The translations under genes were made by a program, and so were the position numbers. A DNA stretch of 64,000 nt from Octopus sinensis (Eukaryota): the NCBI RefSeq assembly GCF_006345805.1, contig NC_043007.1, positions 25,048,001 through 25,112,000 on the forward strand. Direction: 5' to 3'. The notes beneath the pieces were generated by a model. It was not told the DNA's origin, did no database searches, and saw only the letters and a list, made by a program, of their open reading frames with translations. Below, piece after piece: positions 40,591 through 53,437 of this stretch (positions within the stretch are counted from its first letter, which is position 1; each line of letters opens with the position of its first letter).

Positions 40591-41223
40591 TTGTATACAT
40601 TTATATATATATATTTATTTATGTATATATATATATATATTTGTATACATTTATATATATATATATATATATTTATTTATATATATATATATATAGATCA
40701 ATAAATGGTGGGGTTGTATCATTGTTTAACATATGCCTTCCACACACATAGATATATATATATATATACACATACACACATGCACAGATATATATGTATA
40801 TATGTATGTGTGTGTTAATGGATATATCATCATCATCATCATCATTGTTTAATGTCCGCCCTCCTTGCTAGCATGAGTATATATATATATAATATTTGGA
40901 GAGGGATTTTCTTAAATTAGAAATTGCTAATTATATACAAATATCCTCAAAAGAAAACCTAGAATGAACGTGAATTTTAGGATTTTTATATACCTAATAA
41001 ATTATATACCCACAAAAAATATTTACAGTGTGTATTTCCAATATTTACATCAACCCTATGCTTAAATCATTTTGAAGTACTGTTATCAAGTGTCTTATTC
41101 CTGACCATATACATAACACCTGGAACAATGTATATAATATGGATATACACAAAAAATATTTAAATATATAAATATATAATAGAAATATTGTGTGTGCATG
41201 TTTGTATGCATATATATATATAG

Positions 41224-41254
<31 letters not shown>

Positions 41255-41992
41255 AAATAGTATTAGCTATGTACCCTAAATATCATTTATATATATATAT
41301 GGAAATATATTTTTTCTTTCCTTGTTTTTTCTGTGTACCTTTCTGTAGAAGAGCGTAGGCTCAAAACATAAAAGACATTTTCTATTCCTGAGTGTTATAC
41401 TAATACATCTGTTTGTTTGTACACCCCCTACCTTCGTCTTTTGTTTTTTTCGTAAACTTACCCTATATATGGAAATATATATATATATATGTATGTATAT
41501 ATATATATATATATCATAAATAAATGTCATATATATAATGTGTGTATATACATATTCTAAATATTCACCACATCTATTACAAATATACATTCTAAATGGT
41601 GTATAGAAGGATTATAAATATTGTATATATATATATACACTGTAAATATAAAAGAACATACCTTAATACCAAAACGTATTTTGTCCTTTTCTACTTTCCC
41701 TGCCCAAATGATAATTATAATAATGATGATTTCACAATATCAGAAAATTTAGGGGAGTGATATAGTTGATTATTATATTGACCTCAGTGCATGACTGGTA
41801 CTTTGTTTTATTGGCTCTGGGAGAATGAAAAGCTATGCAGAGCTTGGTGGGATCTGAACTGATAAATAATATTGGTGTCCACCACACACTCACCCACAGA
41901 GCTACACACACACACACACCCACAGAGCGACACACACACACATGTATGTAGATTTTATACATAGGCATATATCTATATGTGTGTGTGTATGT

Positions 41993-42024
<32 letters not shown>

Positions 42025-42165
42025 TATAGAGATATAGACATATATATAAGCATATATACCTATCTTTATATTTATGTAAATAATATAATATATATATATA
42101 TTATTTATATATGTATATATATCTGTATGTGTGCATGTATATATATATATATGTGTGTGCATATA

Positions 42166-42200
<35 letters not shown>

Positions 42201-42427
42201 GTGTGTGTATATATTTATATATATAATGTACATGTGTGTATGTATGTATATCTTATTTCATCTTATTTCATTGTTGCTAGAGTTCTATTCATTTCCTTTG
42301 TTTATTGTTGTTGCTCTTACAGTTGTTGTCATCGTTGCATTTCATTGCGATTATTATTATAACTATAATTACTATTATTATTATCATTATCATTATTATT
42401 GTTATCATTATTGTTGTTGTTGTTGTT

Positions 42428-42465
<38 letters not shown>

Positions 42466-42610
42466 GGTGATGATAAACAGTGCAGTTATTGGTACATGTG
42501 GTAGTAATGGTGATTATGGTAGTGGTGGTCATGGTGGTCATGGTGGCTTAGGATCTGCCTATATATTTTTCTGTTTTTTTTCTTTTTTTTTTTTCTTTTT
42601 GGCTAAAAAT

Positions 42611-42715
42611 TCACATAGCAGTGATGTTGTCTTTGCTGTTGACTTTCTGTAATGCAAAATCAATCGCTAAATTCCGCATCCTCTCCTCATAATCTTTCAA
42701 AAGTGTGTTTTCTGC
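42611..42715 (-). CDS. PLCB: Phospholipase C-beta, terminal coding exon
   Basis: Acceptor ttcattttgtctttctag, phase 0. Encodes AENTLLKDYEERMRNLAIDFALQKVNSKDNITAM then TGA at 42611-42613; aligns with the PLC-beta C-terminal L..EY..K...L motif. Confidence 0.82.
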   Translation of the reverse strand, partial: AENTLLKDYEERMRNLAIDFALQKVNSKDNITAM

Positions 42716-42811
42716 CTAGAAAGACAAAATGAAATTGAAGAAGAAAAAAGGAAAAGAATAATAAATAACAAAGAAAACAGTGAAATAAAAAAAAATAATA
42801 AAAAATGTCAT

Positions 42812-43822
42812 TTAATCTTTTGGCATTTGACCTTTAGCATTTAAACTGGCCAAATCCGGCCCAAATATTCTACCTGTTTTATGTTTAAACTGGCCACATC
42901 TGGCCTCTCACACCTACCCTACAATGTTATTCTAAAAACAGACAATCACATCATCAAAGTCTCATAGCTATGAAATAATGCATGATTAATTCAGAACAAT
43001 GTGGTTGGGTAGTAAGAAACTGGCTTCCCAACCACATGGTTCCACGTTCAGTCCCACTGCGTGGCGCCTTGAACAAGTGTCTTCTATTATAGCTCAGGCC
43101 AACCAAGGCATAGTGAGTGGATATGGTGAATGGGAACTGAAAGAAGTCCATCATATATATAAATTTTTTTTCAGAACGAGATAAAAAAACCAAGGCAGTG
43201 AAGATTTTAGAACATTTAATAGGTCTTACAGCTGTTTCCACGATATTTATTATATCCCTTCATCAGAGATGGTATGAGAAAATGGTTATGCAATAGTTAA
43301 CTTAGATAAGATACGAAACAGAGAGTGAAGTGAAGGAATGAAAATAGATGTGAGATACACGGGGATATTGCATTTGTAGATCCATTACTTAGGCAGAATG
43401 GTATACATATAAGATTCTTATATCTTATACCATTCTGCCTGAATAATGGATCTACAAATGCGATATCCCTGCATATTTCACATCTATTTTCATTCCTTCA
43501 CTTCACTCTCTATTTCATATCTTATCTAAATTAACTATTGCTTAACCATTTTCTCACACTGTCTCCGATGAAGGGATGTAATAATATCCTGGAAACAGCT
43601 GTAAGACCTATTTATAAATGTTCTAAAATCTTCACAGCCTTGGTTTTTTATCTCATTCTGAAAAAAAAATTTTTTATATATACACATGCTGATATATGAC
43701 CTACGTTGGACTCCTTATTCATATAATCACCGAACCTGGAGCTTAACTATGGTCTACCTATAGCACTTACTCAGCATTAGCTGATACCTTTGGGTCTTCT
43801 CAACACCATTACCCTCTCATAA

Positions 43823-43863
<41 letters not shown>

Positions 43864-44642
43864 GTATAAGCGCAGGCGTGGCTGTGTGGCAAGTAGCTTG
43901 CTTACCAACCACATGTTTCCTAGTTCAATCCCACCACATGGCATCTTGCGCAAGTGTCTTCTACTATAACCTCAGGTTGACCAAAGCCTTGTGAGTGGAT
44001 TTGGTAGATGGAAACTGAAAGAAGCCCGTTGTATTTATATGTGTGTGGTGTGTGTGTGTGTGTGTGTATCTGTTTGTCTCCTACCATCTCATGACAACCA
44101 ATGTTGGTGTGTTTACATCCCTGTAACTTAGCGGTGCTCCAGCATGGCCGTGGTCAAATGACTGAAACATATAAAAAAAAAATGTGTATATTTATGTGGA
44201 TGTGTCTTTGTGTTTGCGTTTATCCCCCAACACCACCATCGCTTGGCAACCGATGGTGTGTTTGCATCCCTGTAACTTACCAGTTTGGCAAAAGAGACCG
44301 ATAAAATAAGTACTAGGATTACAAAGAATAAGTCCTGGGGTTGATTTCTTCGACTGAAAAAACCCATTTGAGACGATGCCCCAGCATGGCCACAGTCAAA
44401 TGACTTAAACAGGTAAAAGAATAAATAAGCATCACATTTGACAGAGTAATTTGGATGCTAAAAGCCCAAATATTCTACTAGCCAGATCTGGCCTCTCATA
44501 TCAACCCTACAATGCCATTCCAAAAATAAACAATAAAATCAACAAAATCTCAAAGGTACGAGAAAATGCATGATTAATTCAAAACAACAGGAATAAACAA
44601 GCATTACATTTCCACGAGTAATCTAAGTGCCATAAGGGTTAA
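42812..44642. mobile_element. piggyBac-like MITE split by nested SINEs and a palindrome
   Basis: Left part cctttagcatttaaactggcc...tcagaacaatgtg (to about 42998) resumes at about 44421 with aataaataagcatcacatttgacagagtaat. A second partial copy ends aagggTTAA at 44642. Confidence 0.6.
43153..43682. mobile_element. About 530-bp palindrome with two hammerhead-like motifs (Penelope-like fold-back)
   Basis: Arms of about 262 bp are reverse complements around centre 43415. Motif CTGATGA...GAAAC-AGCT-GTA is on the minus strand at 43224-43269, and CCGATGA...GAAAC-AGCT-GTA is on the plus strand at 43562-43606. Confidence 0.8.
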
Positions 44643-46140
44643 GATTCAATTAGTGATGTGGAGATATATAAATACAAATGTGTGTTTATTAATTTTTAGG
44701 TGTTTCTTTTTAATTTTCTCGCTATTAGACATCTTCGCCACAACTGGCATAAAGTTGGATAAATCGGCAGAAGTTGAGACTTATGTATTTTTTTTTCCAA
44801 TAATTTCTTTAAAAAATATGATGTAAGTTCAACAAAACAACATAATATATACGTGCCTTTAGTAGAAAGGATTAATAGTATTATTTGATGATAGGAAAGA
44901 GAAGATTTATCGGAAAAGAAAATAGGATTTAGGGACGATCAGGATGTTTAAAGACTCCGCCGGTTACGACGACGAGGGTCCCAGCTGATACTATCAACGG
45001 AACAGCTTGCTCGTGAAATTAACGTGCAAATGGCTGAGCATTCCACAGACACATGTACCCTTAACGTAGTTCTCGGGGATAATCAGCGTGACACAGAGAG
45101 TGACAAGGCTGACCCTTTGAAATACAAGTACAACTCATTTTTGCCAGCTGAGTGGACTGGAGCAACGTGAAATAAAGTGTCTTGCTCAAGGACACAACGC
45201 GTCGCCGGGAATCGAACTCACAACCTTACGATCATGAGCCGAATGCCCTAACCACTAAGCCACGCGCCCTCACCGATCAGGATGTTATAATGGGTTAGAA
45301 AGAAAATTAGAATGAACTGAGGAAGAAGAGGAAGTTAAGGTGTGTTAAAAAGAAAAGTTAGGAGTTAAAAGTGTTAAGGTTGGAAGGATTCACAAAAAAA
45401 GGGGTTTCAAAGGGAGTTTTGAGAGGGAGAGAAATAATAGACAATAACCATTCAAGACCAAGTCTCGTTAGCTTTCTTCAGTTTTCCATCAATATCCTCC
45501 TTTATCTTAGCTTCAGCCTAGAACAAAATCAAACACAGAATTGTTAGCATGTGGGCAAATCCTTGGGTATATTAGACGGAGTGCAAGGTTTTGGGACTTC
45601 TGTGGTTTTGTGGTGTCGATGTGATTAAATCCAGCCAACCCTTAATGAAAACCACCAACAATGATATCATCGTCGGTAGCTAATAAAAAACATTATCAAC
45701 GGCATTGATATGAATATGATGGCAATGAGAAGTGGGTGGGGATTACAGCAACCATAATGATGATGATGATCATCATCATCATCATTAATATCTTCATTAT
45801 TATGATTGTCCAAGGACTTAATTGATCAGGACTGACATATTTCATCACCATCATCATCATTGTCATCATCATCATCGTCATCATCGTCGTTGTCAACATC
45901 ATCGTCATCATCATCATCATCGTCGTCGTCATCGTCATCATCGTCATTGTCGTCGTCGTCATCATCATCATCATCAATGTTGGTGTGTTTACATCCATGT
46001 AATTTAACAGCTCAGCAAGAGAGACTGATAGAACAAGTACTAGGCTTAAAAAAAGTAAGTCCTGGGGGTGATTTGCTTGACTAAAAACCTCCAAGGCAGT
46101 GCTCCAGCATGACCACAATCAAATGACTAAAAGGATAAAA

Positions 46141-46187
<47 letters not shown>

Positions 46188-46199
46188 GAAATATTCTGT

Positions 46200-47065
46200 C
46201 CTTTGGAAATATTCTGTACGTGAGAAGACCAGGCAGGACAAGTGAGCCCAGCCCACTTATGAATGCCTTTCCTCCCTTGGACACAAAGACCTGTTGAGGC
46301 AAGCGAAGTCGATATAGAACCTCATCCAACGACAGACACCCATGCCAACCCCCCATGCTTGCGAAGACATGTTGGGGCAAGCGAAATCGAAATCGAAACC
46401 GAATTGAACCAGCCAGGATCCCTGGCCTGGTGGTACGTAAAAAGCACTATCCGACTCGTGGCCGTGGCACGTAAAATACTCCAATGCGACCGTACGACAG
46501 GCACCCATGCCAACCCCCTTTGCTTGTGAAGACATGTTGGGGCAAGCGAAATCGAATTGAACCAGCCAGGATCCCTGGTCTGGTGGTACGTAAAAAGCAC
46601 TATCCGACTCGTGGCCGTGGCACGTAAAATACTCCAATGCAACCGTACGACAGGCACCCATACCAACCCCCTTTGCTTGTGAAGACATGTTGGGGCAAGT
46701 GAAATCGAAATCGAATTGAACCAGCCAGGATCCCTGGTCTGGTGGTACGTAAAAAGCACTATCCGACTCGTGGCCGATGCCAGCACCGCCTTGACTGGCT
46801 TCCGTGCCGGTGGCACATAAAATACACCAATCTGACCGTGGCCGTTGCCAGCCTCGCCTGGCACCTGTGCAGGTGGCACGTAAAAAGCACCCACTACACT
46901 CACGGAGTGGTTGGCGTTAGGAAGGGCATCCAGCTGTAGAAACATTGCCAGATTAGACTGGAGCCTGGTGCAGCCTTCTGGCTTCCCAGAACCCCGGTCG
47001 AACCGTCCAACCCATGCTAGCATGGAGAACGGACGCTAAACGATGATGATGATGATGATGATATA
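46200..47065 (+). mobile_element. Long RTE-type retroposon (family D) with internal tandem units of 153-165 bp
   Basis: Units start gaagacatgttggggcaag at 46363, 46528 and about 46680; ends ...catggagaacggacgctaaacgatgatgat. Confidence 0.7.
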
Positions 47066-48174
47066 TATAATTGTGAGTGCATGAATGTTTGTGTCTCCTT
47101 GTCTTCATGTTGTGTGATTGTTGTAAATGATTGCCCTTGTCATACAAGCAGTGTCACTCATTGTTAATATTCTGTGAATACATGTCTGGCCAAGGGGAAA
47201 TATTACCTTGCTTGGAAGCAGGTGATGGTTGTCAACAGGGAGTGCATCTAGCTGAAGAAAATCTGCCCCAATAAATCTTCTGTTCAATCCGTCCAACCAC
47301 AGAAAATCATCATCATCATTGTTTAACATCCACTTTCCATGCTAGCATGGGTTGGATGGTTTGACTGAGGTCTGGTGAGCCAAATGGCTGCACCAGGCTC
47401 CAATCTTGATCTGGCGGAGTTTCTACAGCTGGATGCCCTTCCTAATGCCAACCACTCCGAGAGTGTAGTGGGTGTTTTTACGTGCCACCGGCATGGGACC
47501 AGTCAGGCGGTAATGGCAACGACCTCACTCGAATCTTTTTACACATGCCACCAGCACAGGTGCCAGTAAGGCAATGTTGGTAAGGATCACACTCGAATGG
47601 TGCCTTTTACATGCCACTAGCACGGAAGCCAGTTAGCCACTCTAGCAACAATCACCCTCGGATGGTGCTCTTAGCATCCTACTTGTACGGGGCTCAAGTG
47701 CCAGTAAGGCGAAGCTGGTAACGATCACACTCGAATGGTGTCTTTTATGTGCCACTGGCACAGAAGCCGATTAGCCGGATTTTAAAACAACGTCAATCAT
47801 GAAGACGATGATGGTGTTGATGACAACGATACTGGTGACAATGGTGGCATAAGTAATATGTTTCATAAATATGTTTACAAACAGGTTAAAGAGCAACTGC
47901 TGAAATACTGAATTTGGAACATGTTGGATGGTTTTCAAAGGAGGAGGCCAGTTTAAATGAAATATCTCTGGTTACAAATGCAGTGACATATTTGGTTTTT
48001 TGGTGCCAAGTCTGGTGCCGTCTGGTTAGAAGGTGATGTGCTATCACATGAAACTTTTGCTAGGTAAGGAAAGAAATAAATTTAGTGAGGAGAGTAAAAT
48101 AATTTGTTAATTAATAAATGTCATCTGGATAAGGATACAGCAACACTAAAAGGAGACAAATAATTACTGATACA

Positions 48175-48205
<31 letters not shown>

Positions 48206-48423
48206 TTACATGAATACATACATACAGCCATACGTACATACATATATACATGAATACATACATACATGCATGCATACAAAAATACCCTGCATTTCAAGAA
48301 ATCTTGAAATAAAACTGAATGAACATACATATTTACATATAAACACACACACACACACACACACACACATAAACACAAACACAGATGTGCACATGCATGC
48401 ACGCGCACGCATGCACACACACA

Positions 48424-48454
<31 letters not shown>

Positions 48455-48478
48455 TACATACATACATACATACATACA

Positions 48479-48514
<36 letters not shown>

Positions 48515-49185
48515 TATATATACAATTTTATGCATAAAATTTCAGTGAAACTAGTTGCTTAAAACACATGGGGCAAACTTCAATGAAATTAGTCTGAAAC
48601 TAGGAACAGTGAATACAAAAATTTTAGTGAAATGGATAACAAACAACATTATGAAAACATTAGTGGAAAATGGTAACAGACATTTCTAGAACTTATCACA
48701 AGTAATATTTATATACATACATTTCAGAGTTTATAAAATTGTGTATTGATAAATATACTAGAAGATCAAATTTTGATGTGGTCCGATTTTACAATTGTGA
48801 GGTACATTAGCTGTTTCTTAATGCTACTACTACATAAACATTTACAAGCAAGAAAATATACTGCTTATATCAGAAAAATTGTATATTTTACTATGCTACT
48901 TTTATAAAACCTGAAAATTTCTTGTATTATTGTAATACATAATGATGTAAATTGAAAAAATTCCAAAATAAAATGTAAAAATCAAACCATGCTGGAATTT
49001 GGTTCATACACACACTCACATCTATGTGTGTATGTATATATATATATAACAGCTACCTCTGATGAGCGCAGGATTACATAAACAGACTATTACCTAACAT
49101 TTTGTCAAACCCCTAGTGCAAAACCAATTGGTAAAATTGGCCATAATATATATGTGTGTGGTATGTGTGTGTGTGTATGAGTGTG

Positions 49186-49219
<34 letters not shown>

Positions 49220-49366
49220 CTCCAAAGACTAGTGACATGCTTGAAACTCATAATGCCAATGAGTCTGAATTAAACTGTTTTGATCTATATATATATATTA
49301 ATTTATGGCTAAGATTAAGGTCTAATATCTACTCTTAACAGTTTAGATATATATATATATATATAG

Positions 49367-49404
<38 letters not shown>

Positions 49405-49507
49405 CATATATATATATATATATACATACATATATACATACATACTACATACATACATACATACATACAGACATACAGACATATGTGTGTGCGTGTGTAT
49501 ATATATG

Positions 49508-49551
<44 letters not shown>

Positions 49552-49712
49552 GAGAGAGAAAGAGATAGATAGATAGATAGATAGATAGATACAGGGCGTC
49601 GCATAATGATGGGAAACATATCTAAATGATGCAAGTAACAAGGACTAAAAGACATATTTATCAGGGAAAAAGAGTAAAATGAGACATTCTGTATATATAT
49701 GTGTATATATGC

Positions 49713-49776
<64 letters not shown>

Positions 49777-51056
49777 TGTATGTGTAATAAAATGTGCTGT
49801 ATATTATTTGATGTAGTAAACCAAGAAAAATCTTGATTAATCAATGGTGATTATTCTTAGTAACGAGAACAATCATCTTAATGAACTATTTCTGGGGGAC
49901 AAAAAAAATAAACAAAGTAATTCTCCTTAACAATGATTTTTTTTTATTATTGTTCATTATAGTTACTCATTAATGTAATGATTTGTTTTCATTATCAAGA
50001 AGTAGATTGTAATTGATTAAAATTTCTCAGCTTACTTTGTCAGACATGCTACCTTTGACTTTACTCTTAAATTTTCATGCAAAGGGCGTTCCTAAGTATT
50101 GCTTCTTACTGTTACACAACACAACATACACACACACATATGCACATACACACATGCACACACACACATACAGACACACATACACATGCACACACACACA
50201 CACACAACACACACACACATATGTAGGTATGTATGTATATGGTTGAAGTCACCTAATTCTCATAATGTTATCAAATGGTGATTGTTATCAAAATTTACTG
50301 GTTCCAATCACACTCAGGACATTGCTGCATCTTCCACTTGTCAGCTGGTTATTGTTACCTGAGAGAATCTGCCTCTTAATGATCACAATAAGTGGTCCCT
50401 GTGGAAGCACGTGGCTTAGTGGTTAGGGTGTCAGCATCGTGATCGTAAGATTGTGGTTTCGATTCCTGGACCAGGTGACGCGTTGTATTCTTGAGCAAAA
50501 CACTTCATTTCACGTTGCTCCAGTCCACTCAGCTGGCAAAAAGGAGTAACGCTGCGATGGACTGGCATCCCATCCAGCTGGGGAACACATACACCATTGA
50601 AACTGGGAAACCAGGCCCATGAGCCTGGCTAGGCTTTAAAAAGGGCGCATTTATTTTGTGGAGGCACGTGGCTAAGTGATTAGGGTGTCAGCATCATGAT
50701 CGTAAGATTGTGGTTTCAATTCCTGGACCGGGCAACACGTTGTGCTCTTGAGCAAAACACTTCATTTCACGTTGCTCCAGTCCACTCAGCTGGCAAAAAG
50801 GAGTAACGCTGCGATGGACTGGCGTCCCATCCAGCTGGGGAACACATATGCCATTGAAACCGGGAAACCGGGCCCATGAGCCTGACTAGGCTTTAAAAGG
50901 GTGCATTTATTATTTTTAAGTGGTCCCTACTATATGTGCATACACAATTACACACACACACACACACACTTACACACACAAACACATACTTACACATACA
51001 CACATGTGACTAAATTAAGCTAACATTAATTTTATTCTTTAATATATGATACTTAC

Positions 51057-51143
51057 ATTTGTTTTCTCATTATCAAACTCTTTTGTTAGATTCTCCATAT
51101 TCTTATCCAAGACTTTTTCTTGTTGCTCTTTCAATGCCTTCAA
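51057..51143 (-). CDS. PLCB: Phospholipase C-beta coding exon
   Basis: Acceptor cttttctcatttcag, donor GTAAGT; 87 nt, phase 0 to 0. Encodes LKALKEQQEKVLDKNMENLTKEFDNEKTN (coiled coil). Confidence 0.85.
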
Positions 51144-51645
51144 CTGAAATGAGAAAAGTTATTTTGATGAGATTTTTATAAAACAAAACCTGAAGAATTA
51201 ATTATTTTTTTCAATTAACCCTTTTCATAACTAGGTATGGGTATGGTTGTGTGGTAAGAAGCTTGCCTCCCATCCACATGGTTCCAGGTTCAATCCACCT
51301 GCATGGCACATTGGTTGACTTCTATGATAACCTCGGGCTAACCGAAGCCTTGTGAGTGGATTTGGTAGATGGAAACTGAAAGAAGCCCGTTATATATGTG
51401 TGTGTGTATGTATGTATGTGTGTGTGTGAGAAAGAGAGAGAGAATGTTTCTTTTTGTGTCGTTATTTCTCCCCCACCACAGCTTGACAACCAGTGTTGGT
51501 GTGTTTATGTCCCTGTACCTCAGGGGTCCATTCAGCTAAAAATTCTGTTCTGAATGGTCCCAGTTGAATGACTGAAACAAATAAAAGAAAAAAATATAAA
51601 ATATACTGTTGTGTTTCAGGATGGTCATTTTTATTTTTTTTTTTT

Positions 51646-52110
51646 TTTTTTTGCCAAATAAACACACGCACTGTATATTTGTTCTTCACATGCTTATTAC
51701 TGTTCTTAGTTTTTTTTTTTATATTTTAACTCATGTCCATTGTCCAGAAATCTTTTGTCACACATCTGTGACCCCATGCTCCACTTACTCCACATCTGTG
51801 ACCCATGCTCCACTTACTCCACATATGTGACCTCTTGTCCCACTTACTCAACATCTGTGACCCCTTGCTCCACATACTCAACATCTGTGACCGCTTGCTC
51901 CACTTACTCCATACTGTTCTTCTAAGAAGAGAATGGAGTAAGTGGAGCAAGAGCACACACGAAAACAAAAGGTGTCACTGAAGAGGTCACAGATGTGTGA
52001 CAAAAGATTTCAGGACAATGGACATGAGTTAAATTTTTTTTTTAAATAAGAACAGTAATTAAAGTAGTGAAGAACAAATATATAGTGCATGTGTTTATTT
52101 GGCAAAAAAA
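51646..52110. mobile_element. Fold-back element with about 125-bp imperfect arms and internal 31-32-bp tandem repeats
   Basis: tttgccaaataaacac...aaatcttttgtcacacatctgtgacc mirrors ggtcacagatgtgtgacaaaagattt...gtgtttatttggcaaa. About five internal gtgacc..tgctccacttactccacatct units. Confidence 0.8.
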
Positions 52111-53037
52111 TAGTAATGTATGTATGTATGTTCTATTTTTCTTAATTATTATAAATCTTCCACTGAGGAGGGAGCCAGTTTCCACTAAAGATACAATGCT
52201 CCATCTTTGAGATCTAGTTAACACAGACAAATTCACATTTGAAACTTGAGAAAAGTCTTGCATATTTTTATACTTTTCCACTCACAGATTGCACTTGTAA
52301 TGTACGAATCAGCCAGTTAATTTCTCTTTCTGAAAATCCCATGTGTGTGTGTGTGCGTGTGTGTGTGTGTGCGCACGCGTGTATGTGTGTGTGTATGTAT
52401 GTGTGTATGTATGTATGTGTATGTATGTGTGTATGTATGTGTGTGTATGTATGTGTGTGTGTATGTGTGTATGTATGTGCGTTTATGTATGTATGTGTGT
52501 TTATGTGTCTGTGTTTGTCCCCCTAGCATTGCTTGACAACCGATGCTGGTGTGATTACGTCCCCGTCACTTAGCGGTTCGGCAAAAAGGGACCGATAGAA
52601 TAAGTACTGGGCTTACAAAGAATAAGTCCCGGGGTTGATTTGCTCGACTAAAGGCGGTGCTCCAGCATGGCCGCAGTCAAATGACTGAAACAAGTAAAAG
52701 AGTAAAAGATATATATATATATACGAGTGTGTGAATGTGTGTATGCCTGTCTGTAGGTATGTGGAAATCTATATTGACGTAGGAATGCATGAATATATGT
52801 GAGTGTGTGTGCATTTGTGTGAGTGTGTGTGTGACATGGATACATATATACATGTAGGAGTGTGAGAATGTGTTTAGGTCTCAGTGTGCATGTGTGAATG
52901 TCTGTGTGTATGTGTGTGTATGTGTATAGATACAAAAATGCACGAATTTGAATTTGCATGTGTGTGGATATATGTGAATGTGCAAATATATATATATATA
53001 TATACATATATGTACGTGTGTGTGTGTGTGTATATAC

Positions 53038-53109
<72 letters not shown>

Positions 53110-53144
53110 TACATACATACATACATACTACATACATACATACA

Positions 53145-53220
<76 letters not shown>

Positions 53221-53250
53221 ACACATATATGCTAACAGGTAATTTCTTAC

Positions 53251-53308
53251 CTTGTTTCTCTCGGCAACAATGCCATCAATCAGTTTTTTACTCAGTTCAC
53301 GTTTCTTC
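53251..53308 (-). CDS. PLCB: Phospholipase C-beta coding exon
   Basis: Acceptor catctctttccag, donor GTAAGA; 58 nt, phase 2 to 0. Encodes (R)KKRELSKKLIDGIVAERNK, resembling the recalled Plc21C/PLCB1-type KRE....V..GV.ER motif. Confidence 0.87.
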
Positions 53309-53404
53309 CTGGAAAGAGATGTACAACAATGAATTAGAGATAATTGGACATCACCATCACCATTGTCATCATCACCACAACCATCGCCATCATCGTCTCT
53401 CATG

Positions 53405-53437
<33 letters not shown>

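Noticed and set aside
46363-46760. Regularly spaced repeats resembling a CRISPR array
   Set aside because: Whole units repeat with no unique spacers, the context is eukaryotic, there are no cas genes, and the array lies inside a retroposon.
49058-49090. CTCTGATGAGCGCAGG motif (related minus copy near 10290-10320) as a hammerhead
   Set aside because: The GAAA and stem III half cannot be reconstructed without assuming several changes; it is only a repeat-family fragment.
50290-50358. Possible alternative PLC-beta terminal exon (ttctctcag|GTAACAATAACCAGCTGA, VTITS*)
   Set aside because: Short pyrimidine tract with a competing AG 9 nt upstream and no homology support; needs RNA evidence.
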